Source: Candidatus Portnoybacteria bacterium
GTDB lineage: Bacteria; Patescibacteriota; Minisyncoccia; Portnoybacterales; GWB1-42-6
DNA length: 64,000 nucleotides
Assembly: GCA_016208745.1 (NCBI GenBank)
Contig: JACQXN010000006.1
Span: 67 to 64,066 of the forward strand
Direction of reading: 5' to 3'
The stretch's first letter is position 1, and each line of letters opens with the position of its first letter. Below the pieces are notes generated by a model. The model made no database searches, had not been told where the DNA came from, and worked only from the letters and a program-made list of their open reading frames with translations. A program made the position numbers and the translations under genes. Below, one piece after another: positions 1 through 9,625 of the stretch.

Positions 1-22
1 GTTGAAAATGACAAATTTTAAA

Positions 23-49
23 GCCCGACTTTCAAAGCCGGGCTTTTTT
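23..49 (+). terminator. GC hairpin (gcccg..cgggc) followed by a T6 run; candidate intrinsic terminator, hairpin also usable on the minus strand
   Basis: Stem gcccg/cgggc with an 11-nt loop, then tttttt, read directly from the sequence. Confidence 0.35.
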
Positions 50-62
50 AATTTCAAAATAA

Positions 63-398
63 CTAAAATTTAATAACGCCCTTTCTCTTTTTGGTATCGT
101 AAGTGGCTTCATAATAAATAGAAGCATCAAATGGAATAAAATCACCGCGATCGGTAAGGTCTGGAAACTTTTCACAGATTTTTTCGCTAGCAATAAAAAA
201 ACCAGAAATTTTCCACTTTTCAATTTCCATCCTATCTACGCCTGAGACAATAGCTTCTATAAACAATTTTCTATTCGCTCCGGTAAAAACAATCGTCCGG
301 ACAACACCCTCGGGTATCGGATCAAAGAGACTCAGTATAAGATCCCACCTTGAAGGTCCATCTGCAATCGCAAAATTATTAGATAATTCAGGGGCCAT
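63..398 (-). CDS. hypothetical protein (111 aa from MAPELSNN)
   Basis: ORF in the track. AAGGAGG sits 5 nt upstream of the internal ATG at 398, so the longer track start at 431 is unlikely. Confidence 0.55.
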   Translation of the reverse strand: MAPELSNNFAIADGPSRWDLILSLFDPIPEGVVRTIVFTGANRKLFIEAIVSGVDRMEIEKWKISGFFIASEKICEKFPDLTDRGDFIPFDASIYYEATYDTKKRKGVIKF

Positions 399-457
399 AC
401 GCACCTCCTTAATATAATTTTCGCTCCGCATATACGTAACGGGCGCTCAATCTAAAA

Positions 458-1048
458 TCAAAATCTCACGCTCAACCCACTCACGACAACATCTCGCGAA
501 CAACCGAAAAAACATCGTATCCTTGATTGTTTGAATTCCTGATGATTCCAGAGCCGATAAGCAGTCCACAAAGAATGGGCTATTTTTATAGCCTCAACAT
601 AAACAATATCCAGCCCCTGCTCATTGCGTTCAATGAGCTCCAAATCACCATAACCATTGCCTATTTCGTGGCGAATGACATACCTAATAGGGTTTATAAT
701 ATTCCAAGCTAACCAACCGATAATGAAGCTATTATCTTTTGGCGCTTTTGTGCGCAATAGAATTTCGCTTGATAAAATTTCTGCCGCAGTCCCGCCAAGC
801 GCGATATTTCGCAAACGCGTTTTACTATCTGCCGAAATTTCCCAACGCAATTCAGTCCCATCAAATCCCCAATCTAATTTTTCACCATAGATTCCGGCCA
901 TAATTTGATGGCCTGCTTCGTGCGAAACAAAACCAACTCCCATGCCCGCAAAAAACAATCCCCATTCTTTTACCATACCCTCTGCTTGAGCAGTGAACGG
1001 CATTGCCAGTAAACATAGAAAAATCAAACCAATCTTCGCCTTTCTCAT
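458..1048 (-). CDS. secreted protein with N-terminal signal peptide and an HEAGH (HExxH) motif; possible zinc metallopeptidase
   Basis: Hydrophobic N-terminus ending AQA, an HEAGH motif, and an AAGGGGGAT ribosome-binding site upstream. Confidence 0.55.
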   Translation of the reverse strand: MRKAKIGLIFLCLLAMPFTAQAEGMVKEWGLFFAGMGVGFVSHEAGHQIMAGIYGEKLDWGFDGTELRWEISADSKTRLRNIALGGTAAEILSSEILLRTKAPKDNSFIIGWLAWNIINPIRYVIRHEIGNGYGDLELIERNEQGLDIVYVEAIKIAHSLWTAYRLWNHQEFKQSRIRCFFGCSRDVVVSGLSVRF

Positions 1049-1093
1049 CTAAATCCCCCTTTTTTTAAGTTTTTAAGTTGCTAATCTCTATTT

Positions 1094-1240
1094 TTGTCAT
1101 TCCGATCCGTCCGCTAAGGCGGACGAGAGGAATCTCCCACTCGCCTCGCTTAGCGAGAGCGAAGCGGGCGAATGTGGGCAATATTGTCCCGCATACGCGG
1201 GAGATTCTTCGGCTCGCTTCGCTCGCCTCAGAATGACAAA
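1094..1240. repeat. 147-bp GC-rich imperfect palindrome with nested stems (outer tttgtcattc/gaatgacaaa); related to the motifs at 5553-5690, 13350-13430 and 27195-27260
   Basis: Outer 10-bp inverted repeat and inner pairs ggaatctccc/gggagattc, gagcgaagcg/cgcttcgctc, gtccgc..gcggac and cccgc..gcggg. The track ORFs 1097..1297 and 1233..1607 lie inside it. Confidence 0.5.
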
Positions 1241-1348
1241 CTTGCTCAAAGAAATATTAAAATACCCTACCACATCCTCGCCCTTCGAGTCAATCAAAAA
1301 ACGCCCCGCATTTTTACAAGGCGTTTTTAAAATTTTGTCATACCGAAT

Positions 1349-1750
1349 TTATTTCGGCATCACTTGTCTTTTTGTTTCTTCCTTAATTTCTTTTATCCAT
1401 TGGGGCATTTTTCTTTTGACATACCCGATCGAACCTTCTTTTCCGAAGTCTAGCGAAACCGATCTACACGTACACGGCAGAAACCTTAAAAAGATTTTTA
1501 CAATGCTATCATTTTCTAAACCACAAAAGGCTTCAGGATTATCGATAATTGCATTGTCCGCTGCGGTTGCAAAACAATCCGCCAATTTAGCAAGTAAATC
1601 CGCATGACTGCTTATATGAAATGGCTCCAAGCGATCAATAGATTCTCTTGCCTGAATTCGTGCCCGCCTCACACTATTTAGAGTTTTTTCGTCTAAATTT
1701 AATTGTTCCAATCCATCAAAATCATGCTCTCCGTTTCCGACATGCGACAT
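1349..1750 (-). CDS. hypothetical protein (133 aa from MSHVGNGEHDF; contains RLEPFH, a possible Rx4H HEPN-like motif)
   Basis: AAGGAGGG sits 5 nt upstream of the ATG at 1750. The track ORF is longer and would overlap the upstream gene. Confidence 0.5.
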   Translation of the reverse strand: MSHVGNGEHDFDGLEQLNLDEKTLNSVRRARIQARESIDRLEPFHISSHADLLAKLADCFATAADNAIIDNPEAFCGLENDSIVKIFLRFLPCTCRSVSLDFGKEGSIGYVKRKMPQWIKEIKEETKRQVMPK

Positions 1751-1763
1751 GATACCCTCCTTC

Positions 1764-1991
1764 TTAATCTTTAAACCACGTTTTCCCGGGCAACGGATTC
1801 CCGCCCCATAATTTTTTTGAAGTGCGACGATATTCCTCGCCATCCTTAAAGATCTTTTTAAGGATGATTTCGACTTCTTCTATTCGCGCCGCCGTCTCCG
1901 GGTCAAAAGAACCTAGTTGTACAATAGTAACTTCTACGCCTTTTTTTCTTAATTCTTCTTGCAATTCCTGAAGTTTTTTATTTTCTGGCAT
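1764..1991 (-). CDS. small hypothetical protein (75 aa), probably co-transcribed with 1349..1750
   Basis: AAGGAGGA ribosome-binding site and a 14-nt gap to the downstream gene. Confidence 0.4.
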   Translation of the reverse strand: MPENKKLQELQEELRKKGVEVTIVQLGSFDPETAARIEEVEIILKKIFKDGEEYRRTSKKLWGGNPLPGKTWFKD

Positions 1992-2054
1992 GACAATCCT
2001 CCTTGTATTTATTTAATTTTTAAGTTACTTTAATAAAATTATTTTCTTTTTGCC

Positions 2055-3566
2055 TTATCTATAATTCGGTGGTTCTTTGGTAATAGTAATGTTATGAGGG
2101 TGAGATTCATCAAGGCCGCCGCCGGAAATTCGATAGAAATCAGCTTTATCCTGCAACTCTTTAATATTTGCTGCGCCAACATATCCCATGCCGCTACGCA
2201 ATCCGCCGAGAAGTTGATAAATTATTTCAGCAACTTCGCCTTTATAAGGCACAGCTCCCTCAACGCCCTCTGGAACAAGTTTATTTTTCGCTCCGTCTGG
2301 CTGCCTGTATCTTTCCCGCGCTGCCTTACTTTCCTGCATCGCACCCAAAGACCCCATGCCTCGGTAATTTTTATAAGGCACTCCCTGTATTATGACCATT
2401 TCGCCCGGTGCCTCTTTCGTGCCGGCAAGTAGATTGCCAAGCATAACCGAATCAGCGCCTGCGCCGATAGCAATGCTGATATCGCCTGAATATCTTATGC
2501 CTCCGTCTGCACAAACAGGAATACCGGAGCCTCGAACGGCTTTAGAACAATTATAAACTGCCGTCAGCTGTGGACACCCAATGCCGGCGACAATTCTAGT
2601 TGTACAAATAGAACCTGGGCCTTGCCCAACTTTTATTCCGTCCGCGCCGGCCAAAGCCAGCCGTTTAGCTGACTCCGGTTCTGAAATATTGCCAACAACA
2701 ATATCAAGAGCGGGGAATTGCTTCTTCGCCTGTTTTAAAATTTCCAAAGCCGGCTGAGAATCCCCGTGAGCGGTATCAACGACTATTACATCGACACCTC
2801 TGCCTGTCAACATCTCTATCCTTTCAAGCGCCTCGCTCCCAACGCCAACAGCCGCACCCACTCTTAGTTGTCCGTTTTTATCCAAATTATAATTAGAGGA
2901 GCCGCCACTCACTATGCGTTTGACGTCAGAAAAAACATACATACCGGCCAGTTTTTTCTGAGAGTCAACCAAAGGCAGAACTTTCTTTTTACTTTTTTGC
3001 ATTATCTGAAACGCTTCATTGATTGTTGTCCCCTTTTTTGCGATAACGAGCTCTTTTGACATTACCTTCTTGGCAAACGCGCTCTGGTCAATACAAAATT
3101 CAAAGTCATTATTTGTTAAAAGACCGACCAAAATTCCATTACCATTAACGACCGGGAAGCTATGGAAAGAATAACCCTTTTCTTCCTGTCGTCTTTTTAT
3201 ATTCTCCATTGTTTCATTCTCATTAACGCAGATTGGTTTTTCTATCAAGCCATTGAGATAAAATTTAACCCGCGCCACTTCATGCGCCTGCTGCGAAGGA
3301 GAAAATCCGCGATGAATAATGCCAATCCCTCCAAGTTTTGCGAGCTCAATAGCCATATGATGGGTCGTCACAGTATCCATAGGTGCACTCGCCAAGGGGC
3401 ATTTGAGCGTTATATTTCTAGAAAATTTAGTTGTTAAATCAACATCGGCTGGCGCGATTTTTGAATGACCGGTTCTTAAACGCACGTCATCATAAGACAG
3501 CGCCAGGCCCAACCCTTCCATTGCGCTAAAAAATGAATCCTTTTTTATAATTTTCCGCTTTTTCAT
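2055..3566 (-). CDS. guaB: inosine-5'-monophosphate dehydrogenase
   Basis: IMPDH catalytic loop GSICTTR, tandem CBS-domain insert, GGIRYSGDI and YRGMGS motifs. Confidence 0.95.
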   Translation of the reverse strand: MKKRKIIKKDSFFSAMEGLGLALSYDDVRLRTGHSKIAPADVDLTTKFSRNITLKCPLASAPMDTVTTHHMAIELAKLGGIGIIHRGFSPSQQAHEVARVKFYLNGLIEKPICVNENETMENIKRRQEEKGYSFHSFPVVNGNGILVGLLTNNDFEFCIDQSAFAKKVMSKELVIAKKGTTINEAFQIMQKSKKKVLPLVDSQKKLAGMYVFSDVKRIVSGGSSNYNLDKNGQLRVGAAVGVGSEALERIEMLTGRGVDVIVVDTAHGDSQPALEILKQAKKQFPALDIVVGNISEPESAKRLALAGADGIKVGQGPGSICTTRIVAGIGCPQLTAVYNCSKAVRGSGIPVCADGGIRYSGDISIAIGAGADSVMLGNLLAGTKEAPGEMVIIQGVPYKNYRGMGSLGAMQESKAARERYRQPDGAKNKLVPEGVEGAVPYKGEVAEIIYQLLGGLRSGMGYVGAANIKELQDKADFYRISGGGLDESHPHNITITKEPPNYR

Positions 3567-3669
3567 ATAAAATATCGCAACGTACGCAAATTGGCTTTTG
3601 AAATGTAGCGTCCCATAATTAAAATATGAGACACAGATGCTTGATTAGGACGAATTTGATCAAATTCCC

Positions 3670-4698
3670 TTACTCTAATTCTTTCTCCTGTAACACAGCC
3701 GCTTCTTTTACTTTTTTAACAATCTCCGTTATTAATTTTGGATTCTCCTGCAAATATTTTTTGGCTGCTTCCATGCCTTGGCCCAGTTTTATATCTCCGT
3801 AATTTAACCAAGCGCCGCCTTTGGAAACAATTCCATATTTAACGGCCGCGCTTATTACGTCCCCCTCAAAAGATATGCCTTTGTTATACATAATATCAAA
3901 TTCCGCGATTCTAAAAGGCGCAGCAACTTTGTTTTTAACCACTTTGGCCTTAACGCGATTGCCAATAATCGCGTCGCCTTGTTTTATCTGCGCGGTGCGG
4001 CGAACATCAATGCGAACAGAAGAATAAAATTTTAATGCTTTGCCGCCCGGTGTTTCTTCTGGATTGCCAAAGACAATGCCAATTTTCATTCTGATCTGAT
4101 TGATAAAAACAACCGCTGTGCCTGATTTGGCAACAATCGCCGTTAATTTTCGCAAAGCTTGCGACATTAATCTGGCCTGAAGTCCCATATGCTGCTGCCC
4201 CATTTCACCTTCAATCTCTGCTTTGGGAGTCAAGGCCGCGACAGAGTCAATAACAATAATATCAACCGCTGCTGAACGCACTAAACTTTCAACAATATCT
4301 AATGCCTGCTCGCCTGTGTCTGGCTGGGATATCAGCAAATCATCAATTTTAACACCGATTCTTTTGGCGTATTCCGGGTCCAAAGCATGTTCGGCATCCA
4401 CAAAAGCCGCCAAACCTCCCCGCTTCTGGGCTTGGGCAACAGTATGAAGGGCTAAAGTGGTCTTGCCGCTTGATTCCGGGCCGTATACCTCTATTATCCT
4501 GCCCTTGGGCATACCCCCCACTCCTAGGGCCAAATCAAGCGAAATAGAGCCAGTTGGAATGGCATCTACATCAACTCTTCTAGCCTCGCCAAGCTTCATA
4601 ATTGACCCTTCCCCAAATTTATCTTTTATCTCCTCCACAGCTGTTTCCAGCGCCTTCATTTTTTCGTCTTTTTCCCCTCCCTCTTGTGTTTTAGGCAT
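3670..4698 (-). CDS. recA: recombinase RecA
   Basis: Walker [10 protein letters not shown] and RecA L1/L2 regions. The start is set at MPKTQ; an alternative ATG (MKALE) has GAGGGAGGGG 15 nt upstream. Confidence 0.93.
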   Translation of the reverse strand: MPKTQEGGEKDEKMKALETAVEEIKDKFGEGSIMKLGEARRVDVDAIPTGSISLDLALGVGGMPKGRIIEVYGPESSGKTTLALHTVAQAQKRGGLAAFVDAEHALDPEYAKRIGVKIDDLLISQPDTGEQALDIVESLVRSAAVDIIVIDSVAALTPKAEIEGEMGQQHMGLQARLMSQALRKLTAIVAKSGTAVVFINQIRMKIGIVFGNPEETPGGKALKFYSSVRIDVRRTAQIKQGDAIIGNRVKAKVVKNKVAAPFRIAEFDIMYNKGISFEGDVISAAVKYGIVSKGGAWLNYGDIKLGQGMEAAKKYLQENPKLITEIVKKVKEAAVLQEKELE

Positions 4699-4702
4699 AA
4701 TA

Positions 4703-4815
4703 ATTAATAGATGCAAATTTACGCAAAACAGAATCATAGAAGCCAATTTACGCCAAATTGGCGTTTTATTTGGCTTCTAAATTTTTATTGGCGTTTATCT
4801 CGCTTCTATAGTTTT
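4703..4815 (-). promoter_or_regulatory. recA upstream region carrying repeated AATTTACGC / GCGTAAAT motifs and a CGCCAA-A-TTGGCG palindrome; its distal ~50 bp are near-identical to 6428-6478
   Basis: Read directly from the sequence; see the finding on conserved upstream motifs. Confidence 0.45.
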
Positions 4816-5523
4816 TTATTCAATAAACTTAAAAGTGGAAAGAATTTGGTTTTCTGTCTGCTTATATTCAGAAATAATTTCTCTATTTTGTTGGCTAATT
4901 ACTTCTAGATTCTTAGTGCAATTCTGCGTCTCAGAGCTACAGCCCTCTATTACCCAATTAGTAAATTTCATTTTATATACATAGTCACCAGCACAAACTT
5001 CTATCGTATCAAAATAATATACTCCTAATCCCGCACGACGAGTCCCTTGAATGCCACTAATATTTATTTTTTCTAAATCTGCCGATCCGCAATAATTGTC
5101 CGTATCTTTTGACCAAACTGAAATTTCAAAATTATAGGTATTATTATTAAATAAATTGACTCTTTTCAATAGGCCGGCTACAATGTTCTTTGGCTCTTGC
5201 AACGAAAGCAGGCCCGGATATTTAAACTCAAATCCATACTCCTCATTCCGATAAGTCTCCCAATCGCTAATATCAATTTCGGGACATTCCCCTCCTTCGC
5301 ACAAAGCTTCGTAAGGACAAAGCGTGAATTCGCAATTAGGCCCGGTCCGGCCAACATATGATCCGTCAGGACAAAGCTTAGCTTCCATAGTACAAGTTTT
5401 TTGCCGCATTCCAAAAGTATCTAAAATCCAATTATTAATCTTGTTTTGCTGCCATAAATAAACCTCGCCTGCTATAAGCAGTAATACAATAATTATCAAC
5501 AAAATTATTTGTATTTTAGACAT
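4816..5523 (-). CDS. membrane-anchored or secreted cysteine-rich hypothetical protein
   Basis: N-terminal transmembrane helix, many Cys residues and N-x-T/S sites. Confidence 0.6.
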   Translation of the reverse strand: MSKIQIILLIIIVLLLIAGEVYLWQQNKINNWILDTFGMRQKTCTMEAKLCPDGSYVGRTGPNCEFTLCPYEALCEGGECPEIDISDWETYRNEEYGFEFKYPGLLSLQEPKNIVAGLLKRVNLFNNNTYNFEISVWSKDTDNYCGSADLEKINISGIQGTRRAGLGVYYFDTIEVCAGDYVYKMKFTNWVIEGCSSETQNCTKNLEVISQQNREIISEYKQTENQILSTFKFIE

Positions 5524-5699
5524 GTTTTTACCCTTGCATGGTGAAAGTTTTATTAGAAAATCGCGGCGAGTGAAGCGTTAAAAAATTGCCGAGCGAGCCA
5601 CCCCAATGTAATCATTGGGGCGAGTGCGAGTTTACGAGGCAATTTTAGCTTAAGTGAGCCCGATTTTCTTAAAACTTTCGCCCTGCAAGTAATCTTTTG

Positions 5700-5727
5700 G
5701 TTACTTTTCTGTTAGCAGAAAAGTAAC
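5700..5727 (-). terminator. 12-bp stem hairpin gttacttttctg/cagaaaagtaac immediately after the rodZ-like stop
   Basis: Perfect hairpin, but the trailing T-run is weak. Confidence 0.35.
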
Positions 5728-5736
5728 GTAAAAAGG

Positions 5737-6369
5737 TTATTTCACCATAATCTGCCTTAAAATTTCGCTCTTTTTCCCAAATCTATTCTCTGCTTCAAAT
5801 TTTAAAGTATTCATCCCGAGACTTAAATTAATTTCCTGTCTGAACTTTCCATCTTTATCAATATAAACTTGCTCGCCATTAACTGTCAATTTGGCCGAGG
5901 AGTCGGTTTGCCCGGAAATTTCTATTGACGAACGGCTGGTAGTTAAATCTTCGCTAGGATAATCCAGATTAATTTTTGGCGGCGCAACAATATAATCAAT
6001 CTGATAAACAAGGTATCCAATAATTAAAACAATTAAAATAGCGATTATCCCAAAACTAATTGTCCTAGGCGTAATAACAAGTTTCGGTGATTTTAAAATC
6101 GGCAATTCCTTTAATTTTCTTTGCCTTAGAATTTTATTCCCATTCAACTCCTCTTTATATTGAGCTAGTGTCTCTTCTGTTGGCAAGTTTAAAATCTTAA
6201 TATATTTTTTCAAAAAAGCCTGCATATAAACAGGTGCAGGCAATTTTTCATATTCGCTTTTTTCCAAGCGATCTAAATATTTAACCTGGATTTTGGAAAG
6301 TTCCGCTGCTTTTTCTAAACTCAAACCAGCCTCCTCTCTTGCTTTTTTAAGTCGTTCAGCTAAAGTCAT
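5737..6369 (-). CDS. RodZ-like cytoskeleton protein (N-terminal XRE-type HTH, one TM helix, C-terminal periplasmic domain)
   Basis: HTH resembling LSLEKAAELSKIQVKYLDRLE, a central hydrophobic helix, RodZ-type domain order. Confidence 0.6.
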   Translation of the reverse strand: MTLAERLKKAREEAGLSLEKAAELSKIQVKYLDRLEKSEYEKLPAPVYMQAFLKKYIKILNLPTEETLAQYKEELNGNKILRQRKLKELPILKSPKLVITPRTISFGIIAILIVLIIGYLVYQIDYIVAPPKINLDYPSEDLTTSRSSIEISGQTDSSAKLTVNGEQVYIDKDGKFRQEINLSLGMNTLKFEAENRFGKKSEILRQIMVK

Positions 6370-6470
6370 ATCCGTATAAGCCGATTTACGCTAACCAATT
6401 TAACGCTACTTCACGCCAAATCTTGCGTTTTATTTGGCTTCTAAATTTTTATTGGCGTTCATCTGGGCTT
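6370..6470 (-). promoter_or_regulatory. upstream region of the rodZ-like gene with AATTTACGC-type repeats; 6428-6478 is near-identical to 4767-4815
   Basis: Direct comparison of the two intergenic sequences. Confidence 0.45.
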
Positions 6471-8657
6471 CTATATTTCATCTGTATTCTCAAAATGATC
6501 CGCACCGGTTTCCCTGCTTAGATAAACATCTCTTGGTTTTGCGCCTTCGCCCGGCCCGATAATGCCTTTATCCTCCAGCATATCAAGCAATCGCGCGGCT
6601 CTGGCATAGCCAACTCGCAATCTCCTTTGTAAAAGCGAGGCTGAAGCCTTTCCCGCTTCAACCACTAATTTTTTTGCCTCTTCATATAAATTATCGTCTA
6701 TATCTGAGTCGCCTTCGCTGAAAAGGCCGGCTTGTCCCTGATGAGCTTGCGCAATATCATCGCTAAAATCCGCTTTGGCTTGTTTGGCTAAAAATTCAGA
6801 CACTTTTTTCACTTCCTTATCAGAAACAAACGTTGCCTGGATACGGCGCGGTTTTGAGGCGTCGCCGGAAAGGAATAACATATCGCCATTACCTAATAAT
6901 TTCTCCGCCCCTGCCGCGTCCAAAATAGTTCTTGAATCAATCTGCGAAGCAACTTGAAAAGCGATACGCGAAGTAATATTTGCCTTAATCAGACCGGTAA
7001 TAACTTCCACTGACGGCCGCTGAGTCGCTAAAACTAAATGGATGCCGACTGCTCTGGCCATCTGCGCCAATCTAACAACTGCCGCTTCAACATCCCGGCC
7101 ATGCGAAGCCATTAAATCAGCCAGCTCATCCACAATAATAACAATATAAGGCATTGGCTCGTCTAAGTCGCCATCAATAAATTTTTTATTATAAGTTATA
7201 ATATCGCGCGCTTGCACTCCTGATAAAACTTCGAATCTTCGTTCCATTTCCGAGACTGCCCAACGCAAAGCATTAACAGTCTTTTGTGGGTCAACAATAA
7301 CCGGCGTTAACAAATGCGGCAGACCATTATAAATGGGAAATTCCACGCGCTTAGGATCAATTAAGATAAGTTTCAAAAAATTAGGCGCGTGGCGATAAAG
7401 CAAGCTCAAGATTAAAGTATTTAAACAAATGGTTTTTCCAGTTCCGGTTGCGCCGGCAATTAAAAGATGGGGCATTTTTTCAAGACCACCAAAAACCGGC
7501 ACGCCAGCCACATCGCGGCCCAAAGCCAAAGTAAGCATTTTGTGATCTTGAGTAAATTCAAGCTGTTCAACCAGATTTCTTAATCTAACTTTCATCACTG
7601 CTTTATTAGGAAGCTCAAGACCCACAAGCGAGCGACCCGGAATTGGCGCTTCAATCCTTATTGGATGCGCGGCCAAAGCCAAAGATAAATCATTTTGCAA
7701 AGAAGTGATTTTGGAAAGCTTAACGCCCTGCGCCGGACGCAGAGTGTATTGCGTGACTGTCGGCCCGATATTAACTTCCGCCATTTCGACTTCTATGCCA
7801 AATTGCTGAAGCGTTCTTTTTATAATATTGGCATTGGCCTTGATATCGCCGCTGGTTGGTTCGCCGCTATCGCCTTCCAATAAATCAAGCGGCGGAAGCT
7901 GATAATTTTCTAGCGTCATTTTCTGGGTTAATAAAAATTCTATGCCCGGCTTGCTTTTATCCTCTCCTTTGCCCTTGGCCCTTTTCTTTGAGTCTTCTTC
8001 TTCGTCTTTATCCTCAATAGAATTCACCTTAAAGTTTGGAGAAGGAAAAACTTTATTCATAAAAGAACTGATGGTTGAGGGTTCGCCACCGGAAAGGCTA
8101 GCCTGACCTGTCGCCAATTCATCTTCTTTTTTACCAAAAAGCCGTTTGGTTATATTTTTCAGAGAAATGTTAAAAGTGACTAAAATAGAAATTAAAACCA
8201 ACGCAAAGAGGATTAAATATGCCGCGTAGACGCCAAAAAACTTTAGCATAGGCCAGACTGCAAAAAAACCGATATAGCCGCCGCCCTTGCCCGGCATTAA
8301 CTGATTTTTAGCAAAGATTAATTGGAAAATTCCCAAAAAACTGACCAAAAAGATTCCTGCGCCAATAAGCGATGTGCTTAAAATATCTTCGTGAAGGGAT
8401 TTTAAAATAGCAATGCCGCCAAGCGTCAGCGCCAACGGCAAAAGAAAATAGCCCCAACCAAAAATCATGGCGCCGATTTTATAAAAATAATTACCAAATG
8501 ACCCAGCCAAGCCAAAAAAGCTTAAAACAGAAATCAGCGCAAAAACAAAAACTAAAATAGCGATAATGCCTTTTTTGGTTTCATCGCCCAAACTGATTTT
8601 TGACTTTTTAAACGGCCTGTCCTTGTCTTTCTCTTTTGAGTTATTATTTTTGACCAT
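6471..8657 (-). CDS. ftsK: DNA translocase FtsK/SpoIIIE
   Basis: N-terminal TM segments, Walker A GATGTGKT, Walker B VDELADLM, and a C-terminal gamma winged-helix domain. Confidence 0.92.
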   Translation of the reverse strand: MVKNNNSKEKDKDRPFKKSKISLGDETKKGIIAILVFVFALISVLSFFGLAGSFGNYFYKIGAMIFGWGYFLLPLALTLGGIAILKSLHEDILSTSLIGAGIFLVSFLGIFQLIFAKNQLMPGKGGGYIGFFAVWPMLKFFGVYAAYLILFALVLISILVTFNISLKNITKRLFGKKEDELATGQASLSGGEPSTISSFMNKVFPSPNFKVNSIEDKDEEEDSKKRAKGKGEDKSKPGIEFLLTQKMTLENYQLPPLDLLEGDSGEPTSGDIKANANIIKRTLQQFGIEVEMAEVNIGPTVTQYTLRPAQGVKLSKITSLQNDLSLALAAHPIRIEAPIPGRSLVGLELPNKAVMKVRLRNLVEQLEFTQDHKMLTLALGRDVAGVPVFGGLEKMPHLLIAGATGTGKTICLNTLILSLLYRHAPNFLKLILIDPKRVEFPIYNGLPHLLTPVIVDPQKTVNALRWAVSEMERRFEVLSGVQARDIITYNKKFIDGDLDEPMPYIVIIVDELADLMASHGRDVEAAVVRLAQMARAVGIHLVLATQRPSVEVITGLIKANITSRIAFQVASQIDSRTILDAAGAEKLLGNGDMLFLSGDASKPRRIQATFVSDKEVKKVSEFLAKQAKADFSDDIAQAHQGQAGLFSEGDSDIDDNLYEEAKKLVVEAGKASASLLQRRLRVGYARAARLLDMLEDKGIIGPGEGAKPRDVYLSRETGADHFENTDEI

Positions 8658-8710
8658 AGAAGAGTTTCTTTAATTCTAGCCCTTTTACATAGCTAAGTCA
8701 AAACAAAAAA

Positions 8711-8743
8711 TCCACAGAAAAAGCGGCCAAGAATAATCGGCCG
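8711..8743 (-). terminator. intrinsic terminator downstream of 8779..9489 (hairpin gcggccaag..cttggccgc then a T-run on the minus strand)
   Basis: Hairpin followed by TTTTT on the minus strand. Confidence 0.55.
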
Positions 8744-8778
8744 CCTTATAATAATTTGAACACTACTTTAAGAGTAGG

Positions 8779-9489
8779 CTATTTTTTGACTACCCCTCCT
8801 TCATAATCATGGTAAAAAACTAATTCCGGCGAAGATATTCGGGTTATAATCTCTCTCCCCTTGAACGATTCAAACTCGCTTGTGCCCACCAAATTTCTGT
8901 AAATCAGATTACCCTCAACATACTTTATTTCCCCTCTGCCCCCAAGAAATAGTTTCTCCTTGTATGCTTTTAGTAGAGCTTTCTTAAGGAAAGCAGTGGT
9001 CTTTTGCTCGTCAACATATTTTTCTATACATTGGCCTCCATAACGCATCCACCAAACCAGTTCCTTATCAAAAGAGATAATAGTAAAACCAAAACTTCTT
9101 CCGTTTCCCACGCTAAAATAGGTGTCTCGGTATTCATATCTTTTTCCGTCGGCATAATCACACCAGAAATATCTTTCTGCGTTTGGAAGTTCCTCGAGGG
9201 CTTCCGGAGACGCACCAGAAGCATAGGTGCTTATACTGGCTTTAAAGAAAAAATCTTTGAGCTGCGAGCCGTCGATCTTTAGAGGAGCTGGTAGAACCGC
9301 TAGTCTCCAATCGCTGCCGAATGATTTTGTGTATACAGAGGAAATGTCTCTTTTATTCATGGTCAGCAAGCGACCTGGATTAATAATTATAACATCTGTA
9401 TCGACTCTCAGAAGTTTGCCAATTTTATAGGTTCCGTCAGCGCATATAACCTTTATCTGTTCTCTTATGCTTACCTCTAGTTCATCCAT
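8779..9489 (-). CDS. hypothetical protein (start moved to MDELEVS)
   Basis: ORF in the track; the upstream extension carries no recognisable signal. Confidence 0.5.
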   Translation of the reverse strand: MDELEVSIREQIKVICADGTYKIGKLLRVDTDVIIINPGRLLTMNKRDISSVYTKSFGSDWRLAVLPAPLKIDGSQLKDFFFKASISTYASGASPEALEELPNAERYFWCDYADGKRYEYRDTYFSVGNGRSFGFTIISFDKELVWWMRYGGQCIEKYVDEQKTTAFLKKALLKAYKEKLFLGGRGEIKYVEGNLIYRNLVGTSEFESFKGREIITRISSPELVFYHDYEGGVVKK

Positions 9490-9584
9490 AAAAACACCTC
9501 GTTTAAATTTTATTTTGTTAATTTGCTTTCCTCTTTGATAAAACAGGATAGCATATTTTAATTGTCGCGTAAATAGCAAAAACC

Positions 9585-9615
9585 GCCGATTAAGAAACCG
9601 ACGGTCTTTGTTTAT
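9585..9615 (-). terminator. intrinsic terminator after rpoC (hairpin accgtcgg..ccgacggt then a T-rich tract)
   Basis: Hairpin and T-run read on the minus strand. Confidence 0.5.
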
Positions 9616-9625
9616 AAATATTTAT

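Noticed and set aside
1097-1607. Track ORFs 1097..1297 (-) and 1233..1607 (+)
   Set aside because: They are translated from the 147-bp GC-rich palindrome or run antisense to the 1349..1750 gene; no ribosome-binding site and implausible composition.
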